From a virus (Duplodnaviria > Caudoviricetes), in the IMG/VR virus record IMGVR_UViG_2871875081_000002, positions 1-64,000 of that record: a stretch of DNA of 64,000 nt; one strand, written 5' to 3'. Below the pieces are notes generated by a model. It was not told where the DNA came from, ran no database searches, and saw nothing but the letters and a program-made list of their open reading frames with translations. The translations under genes were made by a program, and so were the position numbers. This document shows positions 17,292 to 26,859 of this stretch, piece after piece (position 1 is the first letter of the stretch; the number at the start of each line of letters is the position of its first letter).

Positions 17292-18338
17292 ATGAGATTA
17301 AGTGAATATAAAGCAGGTACTATCTTAGTTGCTAGTGATGGTAAAGTGTTTATCCATGATGGCTTTGTTAACGCTGATGGATATGGTGTGATAATTGGTG
17401 AGGATTCTGATGGAATGATTCAGAAATCCAATGGTATTGGCAATTGGATGAAGTGTCACATTAAAGGTGTTGCGACAAAAGAACAGATTCGTGGGTTCTT
17501 TGCCAAGGTTCGTAAAACACAGAAAATTATCAATTACTAAGGAGGGTAAAAAAAGAAGAGAATATGGATTTAGTAATTACAATATTAGGTTGGATTGCAT
17601 TAGGTGTTATATCTGCTTATCTGTTAGCAATAATAGGTAAAATAATCTTTGATGCTGCAACCGCTGATTATAAGTTATACAAGCATGTAAGATTGTGTCG
17701 CAAGAGATTGCTAAGAAAGCGATATGAAGATTATGCTTGGCTATTACTCCAGTTAGAGAAAGATACGGAAATTTTCAATCTTACTCATAATACAAGAGAT
17801 TGGACTTTTGAAGATTGGAGTGAATTTTATCTTAAAAAAGCAAAGGAGGATAAGCAATGAGTAAAGAAAAAGCTAAAGAATACATTAATAATTCCATTGA
17901 GATTTTGAACTCTATGAATTGGCTTATAAATACTCAGAGAACTGAAGCTATAATGTATTTAGATAAAGCACTTAAAGAGTTGGAGGATAGAATATGATAA
18001 GAGAAGAAGTAGAAAGGAATATAGAAAAATGGCGAGAAATCTCCAGACCTTTTATAGATAAAATGGTCAAATTAAATGTAAGACGCGATGAGTTACTTCG
18101 AGAAATGAAACAACTTCAAGAAGACTGTATTAAAGCCTTGTCTGTTAAAATCGGAGATAAAATTATGGATGAAGATGGGCGTGTGGGTTGGCTTTCCAAA
18201 ATAGTTCCTTATCGTTCACCATCGGAAAGGTTTATGGGGTCAACATTACAATTGACTCTCTTCTTCCATATGGAGAAAAAAGATGGTACTCGTGACACTC
18301 ATGAGGTTTATGTTCATGGTCTCCCAATCAAACTATAA
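17292..18338 (+). CDS. Small hypothetical accessory genes (17292-17540, 17564-17860 membrane, 17994-18338)
   Basis: + strand ORFs with A-rich leaders. Confidence 0.55.
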
Positions 18339-18516
18339 CTAATATGACAAGAGAAGAATTACAAAATAAACATGGCGATGCTATCTGTGAGTATTGCAAC
18401 AAGAACATTATTTCAAAATATAACATCGGCATAGGTGGGCTTTGCGAAGGTCAGTATTGCGAGGAAGCACAAGATGGCTACGCAGCAGAAAATAACATAG
18501 AGTTGGAGGATTAATT

Positions 18517-18858
18517 ATGATTCAAAAGCAGTCATGGAAGGATGAAATCAGAATTTTAATAACTGATGAAGAAAATCTTGGCTCAGTTCAAATAGGCATT
18601 CCGCTTTATGTTAGTAATATTTTCGGCAAAGCTGATGCTCTAATATATGCACTCTTTGTAGATAATAATCATAGAAGAAATGGTGTTGCAAAACGCCTAT
18701 TACAACTAGCAGAACAGCAAGCTAAGTTGAATGGAGTGAAGACAATCGGATTGGAATATTATAAAGATGAATCTGATAGATTTGTTCTAGATTGGTATCT
18801 CCGTAGTGGTTATAAACCATTTGATGAGAAAAGTAATTTATTAATTAAGAAGTTATAG
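18517..18858 (+). CDS. GNAT-family acetyltransferase
   Basis: ALFVDNNHRRNGVAKRLL (acetyl-CoA motif A)…WYLRSGY. Confidence 0.85.
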   Translation: MIQKQSWKDEIRILITDEENLGSVQIGIPLYVSNIFGKADALIYALFVDNNHRRNGVAKRLLQLAEQQAKLNGVKTIGLEYYKDESDRFVLDWYLRSGYKPFDEKSNLLIKKL

Positions 18859-18861
18859 CTT

Positions 18862-19227
18862 ATGAAAGCAGAAAATATAAAGTTCAAGGCTAAACAGCTC
18901 AACTCAGGAAAATGGTTTGAGGGCGATTTAGTACACCTTGGGAATAGGGTATGTATAGGAGGAGACCATATAAAAGATGGTATAACTGACGTTGACCCAT
19001 CAACAGTCTGTCAGTTCACAGGGTTGAAAGATTGTAAGGGTAAAGAATTGTTTGAACACGACCTAATACATTTCATAGGGTTTAGCGATGCTGCCGAAGT
19101 GATTTGGTCGGAAGGTAACTGTGCTTTTATGGCGGTCTGCGAGAATAAACATTCTTATTGGCTTCACGATGTTATAAAAATTTGTAGGATAGAAAGAATT
19201 GGCAATAAATTCGATAAGGAGAAGTAG
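18862..19227 (+). CDS. YopX-family protein
   Basis: IKFKAK…WFEGDL…VDPSTVCQFTGLKDCKGKELFEHDLI…IGNKFD. Confidence 0.88.
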   Translation: MKAENIKFKAKQLNSGKWFEGDLVHLGNRVCIGGDHIKDGITDVDPSTVCQFTGLKDCKGKELFEHDLIHFIGFSDAAEVIWSEGNCAFMAVCENKHSYWLHDVIKICRIERIGNKFDKEK

Positions 19228-19230
19228 CGT

Positions 19231-19845
19231 ATGAAGAATAAGATTTTAGACTTAACCAAGTCAGCCGTTTGGTTGGTCTTGTGTCTGATTGTTGGTGCAT
19301 TGATATGTGAGGGCATTTGCTCATTGGCTAATATCAATAAACCAGCAAAGAGAGTTGGTATATCTGTAATCACAGAAGAAGAGCACGATTATCTGGTAGT
19401 GGAAACGAAACACGGAGTTTGTGTTATTCACGCAGAGAGCTGCCCTTGTAATAAAAAGAAGTAGCGTATGAATATAGGAATTTTATATCTTTGTATGAGT
19501 TTTATCTACATCCTGCTTATTTGCTTGGATGGAGAAGATGTAAAACCGAAATGGAAACAATGGCTAGCTGACAAACTAGGCATCAAGCCAAAGATAGAGG
19601 TTAGATACATAAAGCCACAAGTCGTTAAGCTTCATTCAAGAGTTACAATGTCAAATTTTGAAATGCACTATTGCCGTGACAAATTTGGCATGGAGCAATT
19701 GAAGAGAAGAGCAATAGAAAGTGTGTATGATGAAATTCTTAAGGGAATGAAGGCAAATGGATTGGTTTCCATTTCGCAATATAAAGACATCTATACAAAT
19801 AGCACAATTTATGAGGGGACATGTGAAATTTATAAAAACAAGTAG
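19231..19845 (+). CDS. Two small membrane-anchored hypothetical proteins (19231-19464, 19468-19845)
   Basis: N-terminal hydrophobic helices. Confidence 0.55.
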
Positions 19846-19847
19846 CT

Positions 19848-20051
19848 ATGAAGAAGGAAATATTTGACTTCTCGGAGGCTCTGAGAAGAATGAAGGAAGG
19901 AAAGAAAGTGAGAAGGGTAATTTGGGAAGAATGTGGAGCTTATATCTATATTGTCTCTAAGACTATCATAGCTGTATGCGATGAAAAATTCTTTCCTTGT
20001 GTTTTCAAAGATTCTGAGGATATTCTCGCAACAGACTGGGAGGAGGTGTAA
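19848..20051 (+). CDS. DUF2829 / Tad2-like (Thoeris anti-defense 2) protein
   Basis: FDFSEALRRMKEGKKVRRVIW…EDILATDWEEV matches the terminal DUF2829 motifs. Confidence 0.7.
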   Translation: MKKEIFDFSEALRRMKEGKKVRRVIWEECGAYIYIVSKTIIAVCDEKFFPCVFKDSEDILATDWEEV

Positions 20052-20053
20052 GG

Positions 20054-20404
20054 ATGGAAAAGAAAGTATTGACCCTCACCGTCAGCAAGCGATGGTTTGA
20101 AATGATTGCTGACGGAAAAAAGGATGAAGAGTATCGGGAGATAAAGCCGTATTGGGCATCCAGACTTGTAAACCAGCAAGCCGAAGGCGGCGAAGTGCTT
20201 TTTGATGAGTACGGCGGTTATTGTTGTGTGACAGGTGAACCGGAATACAAGCCTTACACCCACGTCCTCTTCATCAACGGCTACCGCAAGGATAGTCCAC
20301 GTATCGAAAAGGAGATTGATAGTATTACCATTGGCAAGCCTAAGAAAGGCTTATGCCCCGACAAGTGGCTTGATACCGAGTTTTTTGTTATTAAGTTTAA
20401 GTGA
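20054..20404 (+). CDS. ASCH/PUA-like domain protein
   Basis: LTLTVSKRWFEMIADGKKDEEYREIKPYW. Confidence 0.75.
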   Translation: MEKKVLTLTVSKRWFEMIADGKKDEEYREIKPYWASRLVNQQAEGGEVLFDEYGGYCCVTGEPEYKPYTHVLFINGYRKDSPRIEKEIDSITIGKPKKGLCPDKWLDTEFFVIKFK

Positions 20405-20405
20405 T

Positions 20406-20681
20406 ATGAGCTACAAAGAAATAGTTTTAAATTACATAAAAACTCACGATGTTCCGTGTCTTCTTAGAGGAGATATAGAAGATGGGTTACGAAAATGTAA
20501 GTCTGACGATGATGTGTATGAATTAATTCTTAGAATTAATCATAGACTTACTGTTAATAATTGTGCCGTAAGGGGCTATAAAAGAGGTTACATTCCTATG
20601 CGTTATGCAGACGAAATAGCTAGTGATTGTATTTTGAAAGTATTAGATAAAGCCAAAAAGGAAGCAACGCAAGATGTATAA
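20406..20681 (+). CDS. Hypothetical protein
   Basis: Start refined to ATG 20406. Confidence 0.5.
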   Translation: MSYKEIVLNYIKTHDVPCLLRGDIEDGLRKCKSDDDVYELILRINHRLTVNNCAVRGYKRGYIPMRYADEIASDCILKVLDKAKKEATQDV

Positions 20682-20817
20682 AGAAAGATGTTGTGGCAAC
20701 TGTCATTGGTTTGGCAACGAAGACGTTTACGGCGTAGGATGGTGCAGCAATAACGAGCATGAATCATCTTGCGACCAAGTATGTGATGAACATGAATTTT
20801 AAACTTTAAATATTAAA

Positions 20818-21465
20818 ATGGAAAAGATTTACAGACATTTTAAAGGAGGTTATTACAGATTTATTACTGAGGTCACTAATAGTGAAACTCAGGAGAAAGA
20901 AGTTGTTTATCAGGCTCTCTATGGAGAGTGCAAGGTTTGGACTCGCCCTGCCGATATGTTCTACGGAAAGGTGAATGTTGATGGCGTGGAGATTGATAGA
21001 TTCACCGAAGTTGTTGGTGTGCCTGTATTATTCAAAAAGACCAACGAGAACGCTATTATGCCAACTAAGGCGCACGATGATGATTTCTGCTATGACTGCT
21101 ATGCCGTATCAGAAGAAGAGGTTGCGCCTAACGTATGGAAATACGGTCTCGGATTTGCGCTACAGATTGAAAACCGAAACAAGCCTGCTGACATTTCAAG
21201 ATGCTTTACGTTCCGTCCTCGTTCTTCCGTATGGAAGACTGGTATGAGTCTCAGTAACTGTGAAGGCACTGTCGATGACCCATATACTGGAGAGATTTCT
21301 GCCGTATTCTATCACTTGTTTCCAAATATGCCAAGATATAAGGTTGGTGACAAAATCGTGCAATTCCACCTCGAAAAAAGTGACAACATCATGCTTATCG
21401 AGACGGACAAATTAAACAAAACAGAGCGCGGCGATAACGGCTACGGCTCTTCTGATAAAAAGTAA
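20818..21465 (+). CDS. dut: DUF1653-dUTPase fusion (trimeric dUTPase)
   Basis: YRHFKGGYY…VVYQALYG…WTRPADMF (DUF1653), then RPRSS, GTVDDPYTGEI, IVQ, RGDNGYGSS dUTPase motifs. Confidence 0.85.
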   Translation: MEKIYRHFKGGYYRFITEVTNSETQEKEVVYQALYGECKVWTRPADMFYGKVNVDGVEIDRFTEVVGVPVLFKKTNENAIMPTKAHDDDFCYDCYAVSEEEVAPNVWKYGLGFALQIENRNKPADISRCFTFRPRSSVWKTGMSLSNCEGTVDDPYTGEISAVFYHLFPNMPRYKVGDKIVQFHLEKSDNIMLIETDKLNKTERGDNGYGSSDKK

Positions 21466-21468
21466 TAC

Positions 21469-22098
21469 ATGAATATAACAGATGAACAGAAAACGTATAT
21501 AAAGGAACACCCTTACGAATCTCCTTACGCTATGGCCAAGAGCTTCGGTTGCGCAGTACAGACTGTTTACTGGTGGCTACATAGGCTGCATGGGAATTCG
21601 TTCAAGGACGCAAGAAAAGAGCAAAGAGAGAAGATCAGGGAGTCTGTCCGTAAGCTGTATCTGGATTATTCTTCTTCCGAAATTTCCAAAGAACTTGGAA
21701 TAACAAAGTCATGTGTAACAAGCATAGCAAAGGCACTTGGCGTTACTCATACCCAGGAAACGGAAGAAAGACTTCGGTTGAAATGTGCACAGGCAATAAT
21801 AAGACCGGAGATAATAGCTAAACGTTCTGAATCTCTAAAAAAGACGCTGAGGCTTGACAGGTACAGAGCAACGAATGGAATAAAACAGAAGACACGACGC
21901 AAGTTCAAGACCATTCCGAGCAGATGTCTCTGCGCAAGGAACTATCTCTGCAATAAATACAACTACTTCTACGACAAAGATTACGGAGAGCTGCTTACCG
22001 TGTTCTACGACAGCGAAACCAAAATGTTGACAGAAGAGCAGCAGAAACACTACGAGACGAAGTATGGTATCAAGTTCCTCCAGGGAGCTGAAGAATAA
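21469..22098 (+). CDS. Tandem-HTH protein, last gene of the early arm (possible late regulator)
   Basis: PYAMAKSFGCAVQTVYWW and SSSEISKELGITKSCVTSIAK. Confidence 0.55.
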   Translation: MNITDEQKTYIKEHPYESPYAMAKSFGCAVQTVYWWLHRLHGNSFKDARKEQREKIRESVRKLYLDYSSSEISKELGITKSCVTSIAKALGVTHTQETEERLRLKCAQAIIRPEIIAKRSESLKKTLRLDRYRATNGIKQKTRRKFKTIPSRCLCARNYLCNKYNYFYDKDYGELLTVFYDSETKMLTEEQQKHYETKYGIKFLQGAEE

Positions 22099-22122
22099 TT
22101 TCTGTGCATTATCTATATGTTT

Positions 22123-22159
22123 AGGGGTGGCTACACATCGCGTGCGGTCACCCCTTTTT
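22123..22159. terminator. Intrinsic terminator between the converging early and late arms
   Basis: AGGGGTGGC…GTCACCCCT stem followed by a T run. Confidence 0.75.
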
Positions 22160-22198
22160 GTTTATAAATCAATAACCAAATAAAAACATTAGAAAAAA

Positions 22199-22801
22199 CT
22201 AAGAACGTTTGTGTAACTTTAATTTCCAGTATATCCAACCTAAAAATGCGAGAATGCCTATGAAAAGGCAAACTGAAGTTATCTTACCTATATTTAAAAA
22301 TGCCATGTCAGTCCTTGATAGCTGTTTCTCGACATATACTTTATCTTTCGATATTTTACTTATCACTGAGATTAAGGAGTCACACTTGCTATGATATATC
22401 GCAGCACTATCCTTGTATTCCTTAAGGCTAGAAATACTATCTCTCAGTATCTGTACATCTTCCTGTGATATCTCGTGATATTCGTAGTGGAATCTGTCTT
22501 CGCCGACTTTGTTTCCGTTCACATCGTACTTCGAAGCTGTACTATCCTTGATATGTGTCTTCTCTTTCGTAGTTGACTTCATAGACTCTTTATGCGATGC
22601 TCTGTATGATTCCAGTTCCTTAATAAGCCTTGCGTTAAAGAGAGAATCCCACTTAGCCTCGTTACGCTTATCGGTGATGTATGTCTGTTTCTCTATCACA
22701 CGTTCTTTCGCCTTACATCTACAGAACATTGATAGAATCAGCATTGCTACTGCAATGGCAATTACAACCCTTGTTATTTTATCAATCAGTTTCATAATCA
22801 A
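22199..22801 (-). CDS. Putative unimolecular spanin
   Basis: N-terminal signal with Cys (LSMFCRC), C-terminal TM (ITSVCLFIGILAFLGWIYW), located in the lysis cassette. Confidence 0.6.
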   Translation of the reverse strand: MIMKLIDKITRVVIAIAVAMLILSMFCRCKAKERVIEKQTYITDKRNEAKWDSLFNARLIKELESYRASHKESMKSTTKEKTHIKDSTASKYDVNGNKVGEDRFHYEYHEISQEDVQILRDSISSLKEYKDSAAIYHSKCDSLISVISKISKDKVYVEKQLSRTDMAFLNIGKITSVCLFIGILAFLGWIYWKLKLHKRS

Positions 22802-23291
22802 GTGAATTAATTCTGTTCAGCCAACCATTCTTGAACTTTTTGTTCTGTGGTCTTGTCTGACAGATACGTTCAATAAAATCCTTCCGTTCCTGCTTGATGG
22901 TATCAAACAGATCCCGGCCATCTCTTGCGTTGACAGCTGCGATAGTCTTCGGCCCGACAATACCATCCACATCAACGCCAAGAACTCTCTGAGGAATCTT
23001 GATACCGTAGGCTCCGCTAGCCCATACCCAGTCGACGAGGATATTGGCTACGTTCTGGTCTTTAATATCATCAGCATTCCACTTATCCCAGTAGTACTTC
23101 TTGAAGATTACACCCCATTGCACACGGGTCATACGCTTTAAATCGTTAACCGTCTTCTTGCTGCCGAATACTGAGCGGTACGTAGCAAGAGTCACACCCA
23201 TATTAGTAGCTCCTCCCAAATCATCCTTGTCGTTAACGAAGCCACCTTCCCACTTTAGGATGAACGGCTCTAAAATCTTACTGTTTGCCAT
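22782..23291 (-). CDS. Endolysin, glycoside hydrolase family 108 with PG-binding domain
   Basis: ILKWEGGFVNDKDDLGGATNMGVT…DVDGIVGPKT…FKNGWLNR; start refined to 23291. Confidence 0.92.
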   Translation of the reverse strand: MANSKILEPFILKWEGGFVNDKDDLGGATNMGVTLATYRSVFGSKKTVNDLKRMTRVQWGVIFKKYYWDKWNADDIKDQNVANILVDWVWASGAYGIKIPQRVLGVDVDGIVGPKTIAAVNARDGRDLFDTIKQERKDFIERICQTRPQNKKFKNGWLNRINSLDYETD

Positions 23292-23790
23292 TTTTGTTTT
23301 CCTCCTCTTTTTTATCAAACTCATTATTGAGTCTGTCAATAATCGGTTTCCAATAACTAGGCAATGCCTTTGCAAACTCGAATCTCAAAATGTAGTAAAT
23401 AACTCTGAATGCTACATTCTTAGGGTATGCCTTGATGAGGTTTTTGAACGCGTTGCATAGATACACATAGCAGAAAATGTATGTAAGCATCTTTATTACA
23501 AACAAAGCCTCATTTCCGTCATTACAGCCTATCATGATACCATATATCACATAGTCAATGGTAAGATAGAGCAACATTTCAAGAATGGCGTTTACAAACT
23601 TTGATGCCGAAAAGTTTTTGCATCGTACAACACTAACGCCATCAGCTCGCATACCACAAAAGATATTGAAGCCGAAAGCAATTACTAGCGCCAGAACGAA
23701 ACCTTCAGTTGGCGTTGCAAAGGCAAGTATAGCAGAGGAAATTGTAACCACTATCTGCCTAATCTGTGAAGAATCTAATAAATTTGTCAT
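23278..23790 (-). CDS. Holin
   Basis: Several TM segments and a charged C-terminus, immediately upstream of the endolysin. Confidence 0.75.
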   Translation of the reverse strand: MTNLLDSSQIRQIVVTISSAILAFATPTEGFVLALVIAFGFNIFCGMRADGVSVVRCKNFSASKFVNAILEMLLYLTIDYVIYGIMIGCNDGNEALFVIKMLTYIFCYVYLCNAFKNLIKAYPKNVAFRVIYYILRFEFAKALPSYWKPIIDRLNNEFDKKEEENKNGKQ

Positions 23791-23840
23791 AATCTGTTAT
23801 CCTGAATAATTAATAAAAATAAAGTTTCGGTCTCTTTCTG

Positions 23841-23848
23841 CAAAGATA
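23841..23848 (-). promoter_or_regulatory. -7 promoter element (TATCTTTG) upstream of the lysis cassette
   Basis: TAnnTTTG match in the intergenic gap. Confidence 0.55.
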
Positions 23849-23888
23849 GCAAAAAAAAACGAAACTTCATTCAGAATAACGAAAAACT

Positions 23889-24317
23889 TTAGACATTCAA
23901 GTCGTAATATGGAAGTCTGCCACTTTCCAGGAAGGAAATACATTCATCGAAAATCTTTTGCTCGTAGTTGTACGTGTTGATCTTCGGGAACCATTTCTTT
24001 ATCTTTGCGTCGTTACGCTTTACCATCTCTCCCCAGAGAACGCACCAGTCTTCGAGATTGATGTTGTCATTCTTGACCTCATGCCAATAGTCCTTGGCCA
24101 CATCTTTAGTATGAAGCTGACCGATGAGGCAAAGATGCATATCTGCCATCTCTTCGTTATAATGACACGATCCAATCTCTCCCTGGACCTGCTTCATCAC
24201 ATCAAGCATTACGCTGTCATTCATTCCGACTTCGCAACAATCTGCCATGATCGTAACACAGTTCTTGATAGCCTGCATATCATTGCTAGCTATAATGTCT
24301 TCGAATACCTTTTTCAT
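23889..24317 (-). CDS. Hypothetical protein (cassette gene 5)
   Basis: 142-aa helical ORF. Confidence 0.65.
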   Translation of the reverse strand: MKKVFEDIIASNDMQAIKNCVTIMADCCEVGMNDSVMLDVMKQVQGEIGSCHYNEEMADMHLCLIGQLHTKDVAKDYWHEVKNDNINLEDWCVLWGEMVKRNDAKIKKWFPKINTYNYEQKIFDECISFLESGRLPYYDLNV

Positions 24318-24335
24318 AACCGTATATTTTTGATG

Positions 24336-24842
24336 TTACTTCAGAAAATACTCTCTGATGTTGTATACACCATCCTTGTCTTTCAACAAATCGAGTGCAA
24401 GGCTGTGGGCATACTTAACCAGATGTTCTGTATCAATGTCCTTAACATCTTCCTTGCCGAGTATCTTAGCAATTGTGCATCCGTGGTCGCTTACAACCTG
24501 ATTCATCGCAACGTACAAAGCGTAATCGTTGTAATAAGGTTTCTCCTCTGTTGCAAGTCCGAGACCGGTCATAGCATTGATCCATGTCTGCATATCCCAG
24601 GTTACTGGTGGATTCATACCGTTTACAATCTCAGAAGCTTCCTTCTTCGTAAGATAGTTCTTCCACTTGATAGCGCAAAGCTTATCAAGATACTCTTGTG
24701 CCAACTCTGGGTGCTTGGATGCCATATCCTTCATCATGCAACGCATCGTATTACCGAATACGTGCATATACTTTACGTTGGTTGACGAAGCCATAATCCC
24801 ATAAAGCTCATCAAACTTACTCATAATGTCTTTTGTTTCCAT
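24336..24842 (-). CDS. Hypothetical protein (cassette gene 4)
   Basis: WKNYLTKKEASEIVNGM…NDYALYVAMNQVVSDHG…DLLKDKDG. Confidence 0.7.
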   Translation of the reverse strand: METKDIMSKFDELYGIMASSTNVKYMHVFGNTMRCMMKDMASKHPELAQEYLDKLCAIKWKNYLTKKEASEIVNGMNPPVTWDMQTWINAMTGLGLATEEKPYYNDYALYVAMNQVVSDHGCTIAKILGKEDVKDIDTEHLVKYAHSLALDLLKDKDGVYNIREYFLK

Positions 24843-24856
24843 ATCTTGTATATTTT

Positions 24857-25288
24857 TTAACCTATTATCAAATCTTTCAATTCTACAAAGTCCTCCTCTG
24901 TGAAGTTGATGCTTCGCTTGCTTCCAAAGAGGATAGCAGTAGCAATTCCATCTGGCAGGTCAATAGACACAACTCCTTTGTCGATATGTCCGTGTATAAA
25001 ACCTACATCGAATTTGTAATCTTCCACGGATTTTAGCATCTGCATCATATCTTCAAATATCGTGTTGGCATCTATGTTGCCGTCTTCATCGGCGATGAAT
25101 AGGGTAGCGTTGTCAATGCTCTTGCCCCAACTATCTTTGTGCTTGGCGATGATGTTGTGCGCCGCACGTTTCATGTACACTGATGGTATGGCGAGCATCT
25201 GGTTAGCCTTAACCATATCGTCTATTCTAGCATCTGCCCACAAATCAAGCGATGTAAGCAGTTTCTCTTTCAATTCTGTTACGTTCAT
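24857..25288 (-). CDS. Hypothetical protein (cassette gene 3)
   Basis: 143-aa ORF overlapping the upstream gene. Confidence 0.7.
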   Translation of the reverse strand: MNVTELKEKLLTSLDLWADARIDDMVKANQMLAIPSVYMKRAAHNIIAKHKDSWGKSIDNATLFIADEDGNIDANTIFEDMMQMLKSVEDYKFDVGFIHGHIDKGVVSIDLPDGIATAILFGSKRSINFTEEDFVELKDLIIG

Positions 25289-25782
25289 TTCTTAGTTCCT
25301 CCCTTCTTTGTCCCTTGAACCATAGCGAGATACTCTTGCCACGTTTTATCACTATGATTTGTCATATAGTCGTTAAGCATAGCGGTTTTCTGCTCTTCCG
25401 CCTGTGCTACTTCTTTTCTCAGTCGTTGCATCAAAGACAAATGTTTCTTTAATGCCTCCTGTCCTTGCTGAGTGCTTTCGATACGAGGGCGTATAATGCG
25501 CAATTCCTCGTCTTGCACTAGCTTAGACACATATTGCAAGCTATTGACGTATTCCTGATTCTGCATCAAGTACTGACGTTGTGCGCCTGTAAGATTGTCT
25601 TCAATCTTATCAATCTCATCCCATAAAGGGGTGGAAGACTGCTGCGCTTGCATGTTGATAGATGCTCGTTTCTGCTGTATTGCCTCATACATCTTCTGTA
25701 GCTCAGCATCCATCATTTGCGGCTGCTGCTGACTTGTACCCATATCCAATAATGGGCTGTTTCCAAAATTCATCATAACCAA
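25285..25782 (-). CDS. Q-rich coiled-coil hypothetical protein (cassette gene 2)
   Basis: 165-aa ORF. Confidence 0.7.
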   Translation of the reverse strand: MVMMNFGNSPLLDMGTSQQQPQMMDAELQKMYEAIQQKRASINMQAQQSSTPLWDEIDKIEDNLTGAQRQYLMQNQEYVNSLQYVSKLVQDEELRIIRPRIESTQQGQEALKKHLSLMQRLRKEVAQAEEQKTAMLNDYMTNHSDKTWQEYLAMVQGTKKGGTKK

Positions 25783-25898
25783 TATCTTTAAGTTGGTGAT
25801 ATATTATAGAGAGGTGAGAGGGCATCCACCACGAGGGCAAACACCCCTCACCAACTCATTTTTTCTTAGTCCGTCTAACCGACTTCCTTACTGCTCTG

Positions 25899-26627
25899 TT
25901 ACGCTCCTGTAGTGGGAGTAGACGGAGCAGTGCAGTTGCAGCCGCTGTAACTACCGAATCCCTGGAGTACTGGAGTGTTCGGGAGCATCAACTGCCCTCG
26001 CAAGCAGTTGCAAGTGTTCTCCTTGACGTAAGCCATCATAAGCTTCTCCTTGTAAGGAGTGAGGGCTTCCATCACGGCTACCTTCTTGTCGAGGTCGCTA
26101 TACTTTGCTTGCAACGCATCGTACTGGTCTCTCTGATTCTTGTACAAGCCAAAATCTGCATCAATCTGAGACTTGTAAAGACCGAACTCAGCCTGCATTG
26201 CACGGCGGTTCTCGGCGTTGATAGCATCGTTAGCACCCTTATACATAGAGAACTTCTCAGCGATGTCTGTCTCGCGCATAGCGTAGAACTTGTTAGCGGT
26301 GTCGAGCTTCATACCGAACATGTAGGTAAGCAACTTCACCTCATCATCGCATTCCTTCTCCATTACCTCAAGGGCTGTAGGAGCAGTATTACTTGCAGTC
26401 ATACCACCATAGGTGTTGATATTCACATTATCTGGCATACCATTACCAAGTGAACCAAACACGCTGCGGTTGTTACCGCCAAGCAACCAAGCACCAGCAC
26501 CGAGTGCTGTGCCGATGATACCAAGGGTAAGACCAGCATTGCCTGTTGCCTTAGAAGCATAATCATCGTGCTTCTTTCCCTCTTCGTAGATTTTCTTCTC
26601 TACGACCTTTGCATCTGTCATTTCCAT
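25899..26627 (-). CDS. Gly-rich TM plus coiled-coil hypothetical protein (cassette gene 1)
   Basis: GNAGLTLGIIGTALGAGAWLLGG, long coiled coil, C-terminal CNC…CNC. Confidence 0.75.
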   Translation of the reverse strand: MEMTDAKVVEKKIYEEGKKHDDYASKATGNAGLTLGIIGTALGAGAWLLGGNNRSVFGSLGNGMPDNVNINTYGGMTASNTAPTALEVMEKECDDEVKLLTYMFGMKLDTANKFYAMRETDIAEKFSMYKGANDAINAENRRAMQAEFGLYKSQIDADFGLYKNQRDQYDALQAKYSDLDKKVAVMEALTPYKEKLMMAYVKENTCNCLRGQLMLPNTPVLQGFGSYSGCNCTAPSTPTTGA

Positions 26628-26687
26628 GATACAATCTTTTTAAGTTATCCTTAATATTAACTAACACTATGTAATCGATTACGGATG

Positions 26688-26695
26688 CAAAGGTA
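26688..26695 (-). promoter_or_regulatory. -7 promoter element (TACCTTTG) for the five-gene cassette
   Basis: TAnnTTTG about 60 nt upstream of the first start codon. Confidence 0.6.
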
Positions 26696-26859
26696 CAAAG
26701 AATAGGGTAGAGCAAATATAATTCTATCACACTTTCTTTTAGTGGTTGATTATCAGAGATTTAAGGTGATATGAGGTAATATCATAAATAACAAAAAAAA
26801 GAGAGGCAGTCACTTACCTCTCTTACTCAACTTGTAAGGAATACTTACATGTTCAACTA

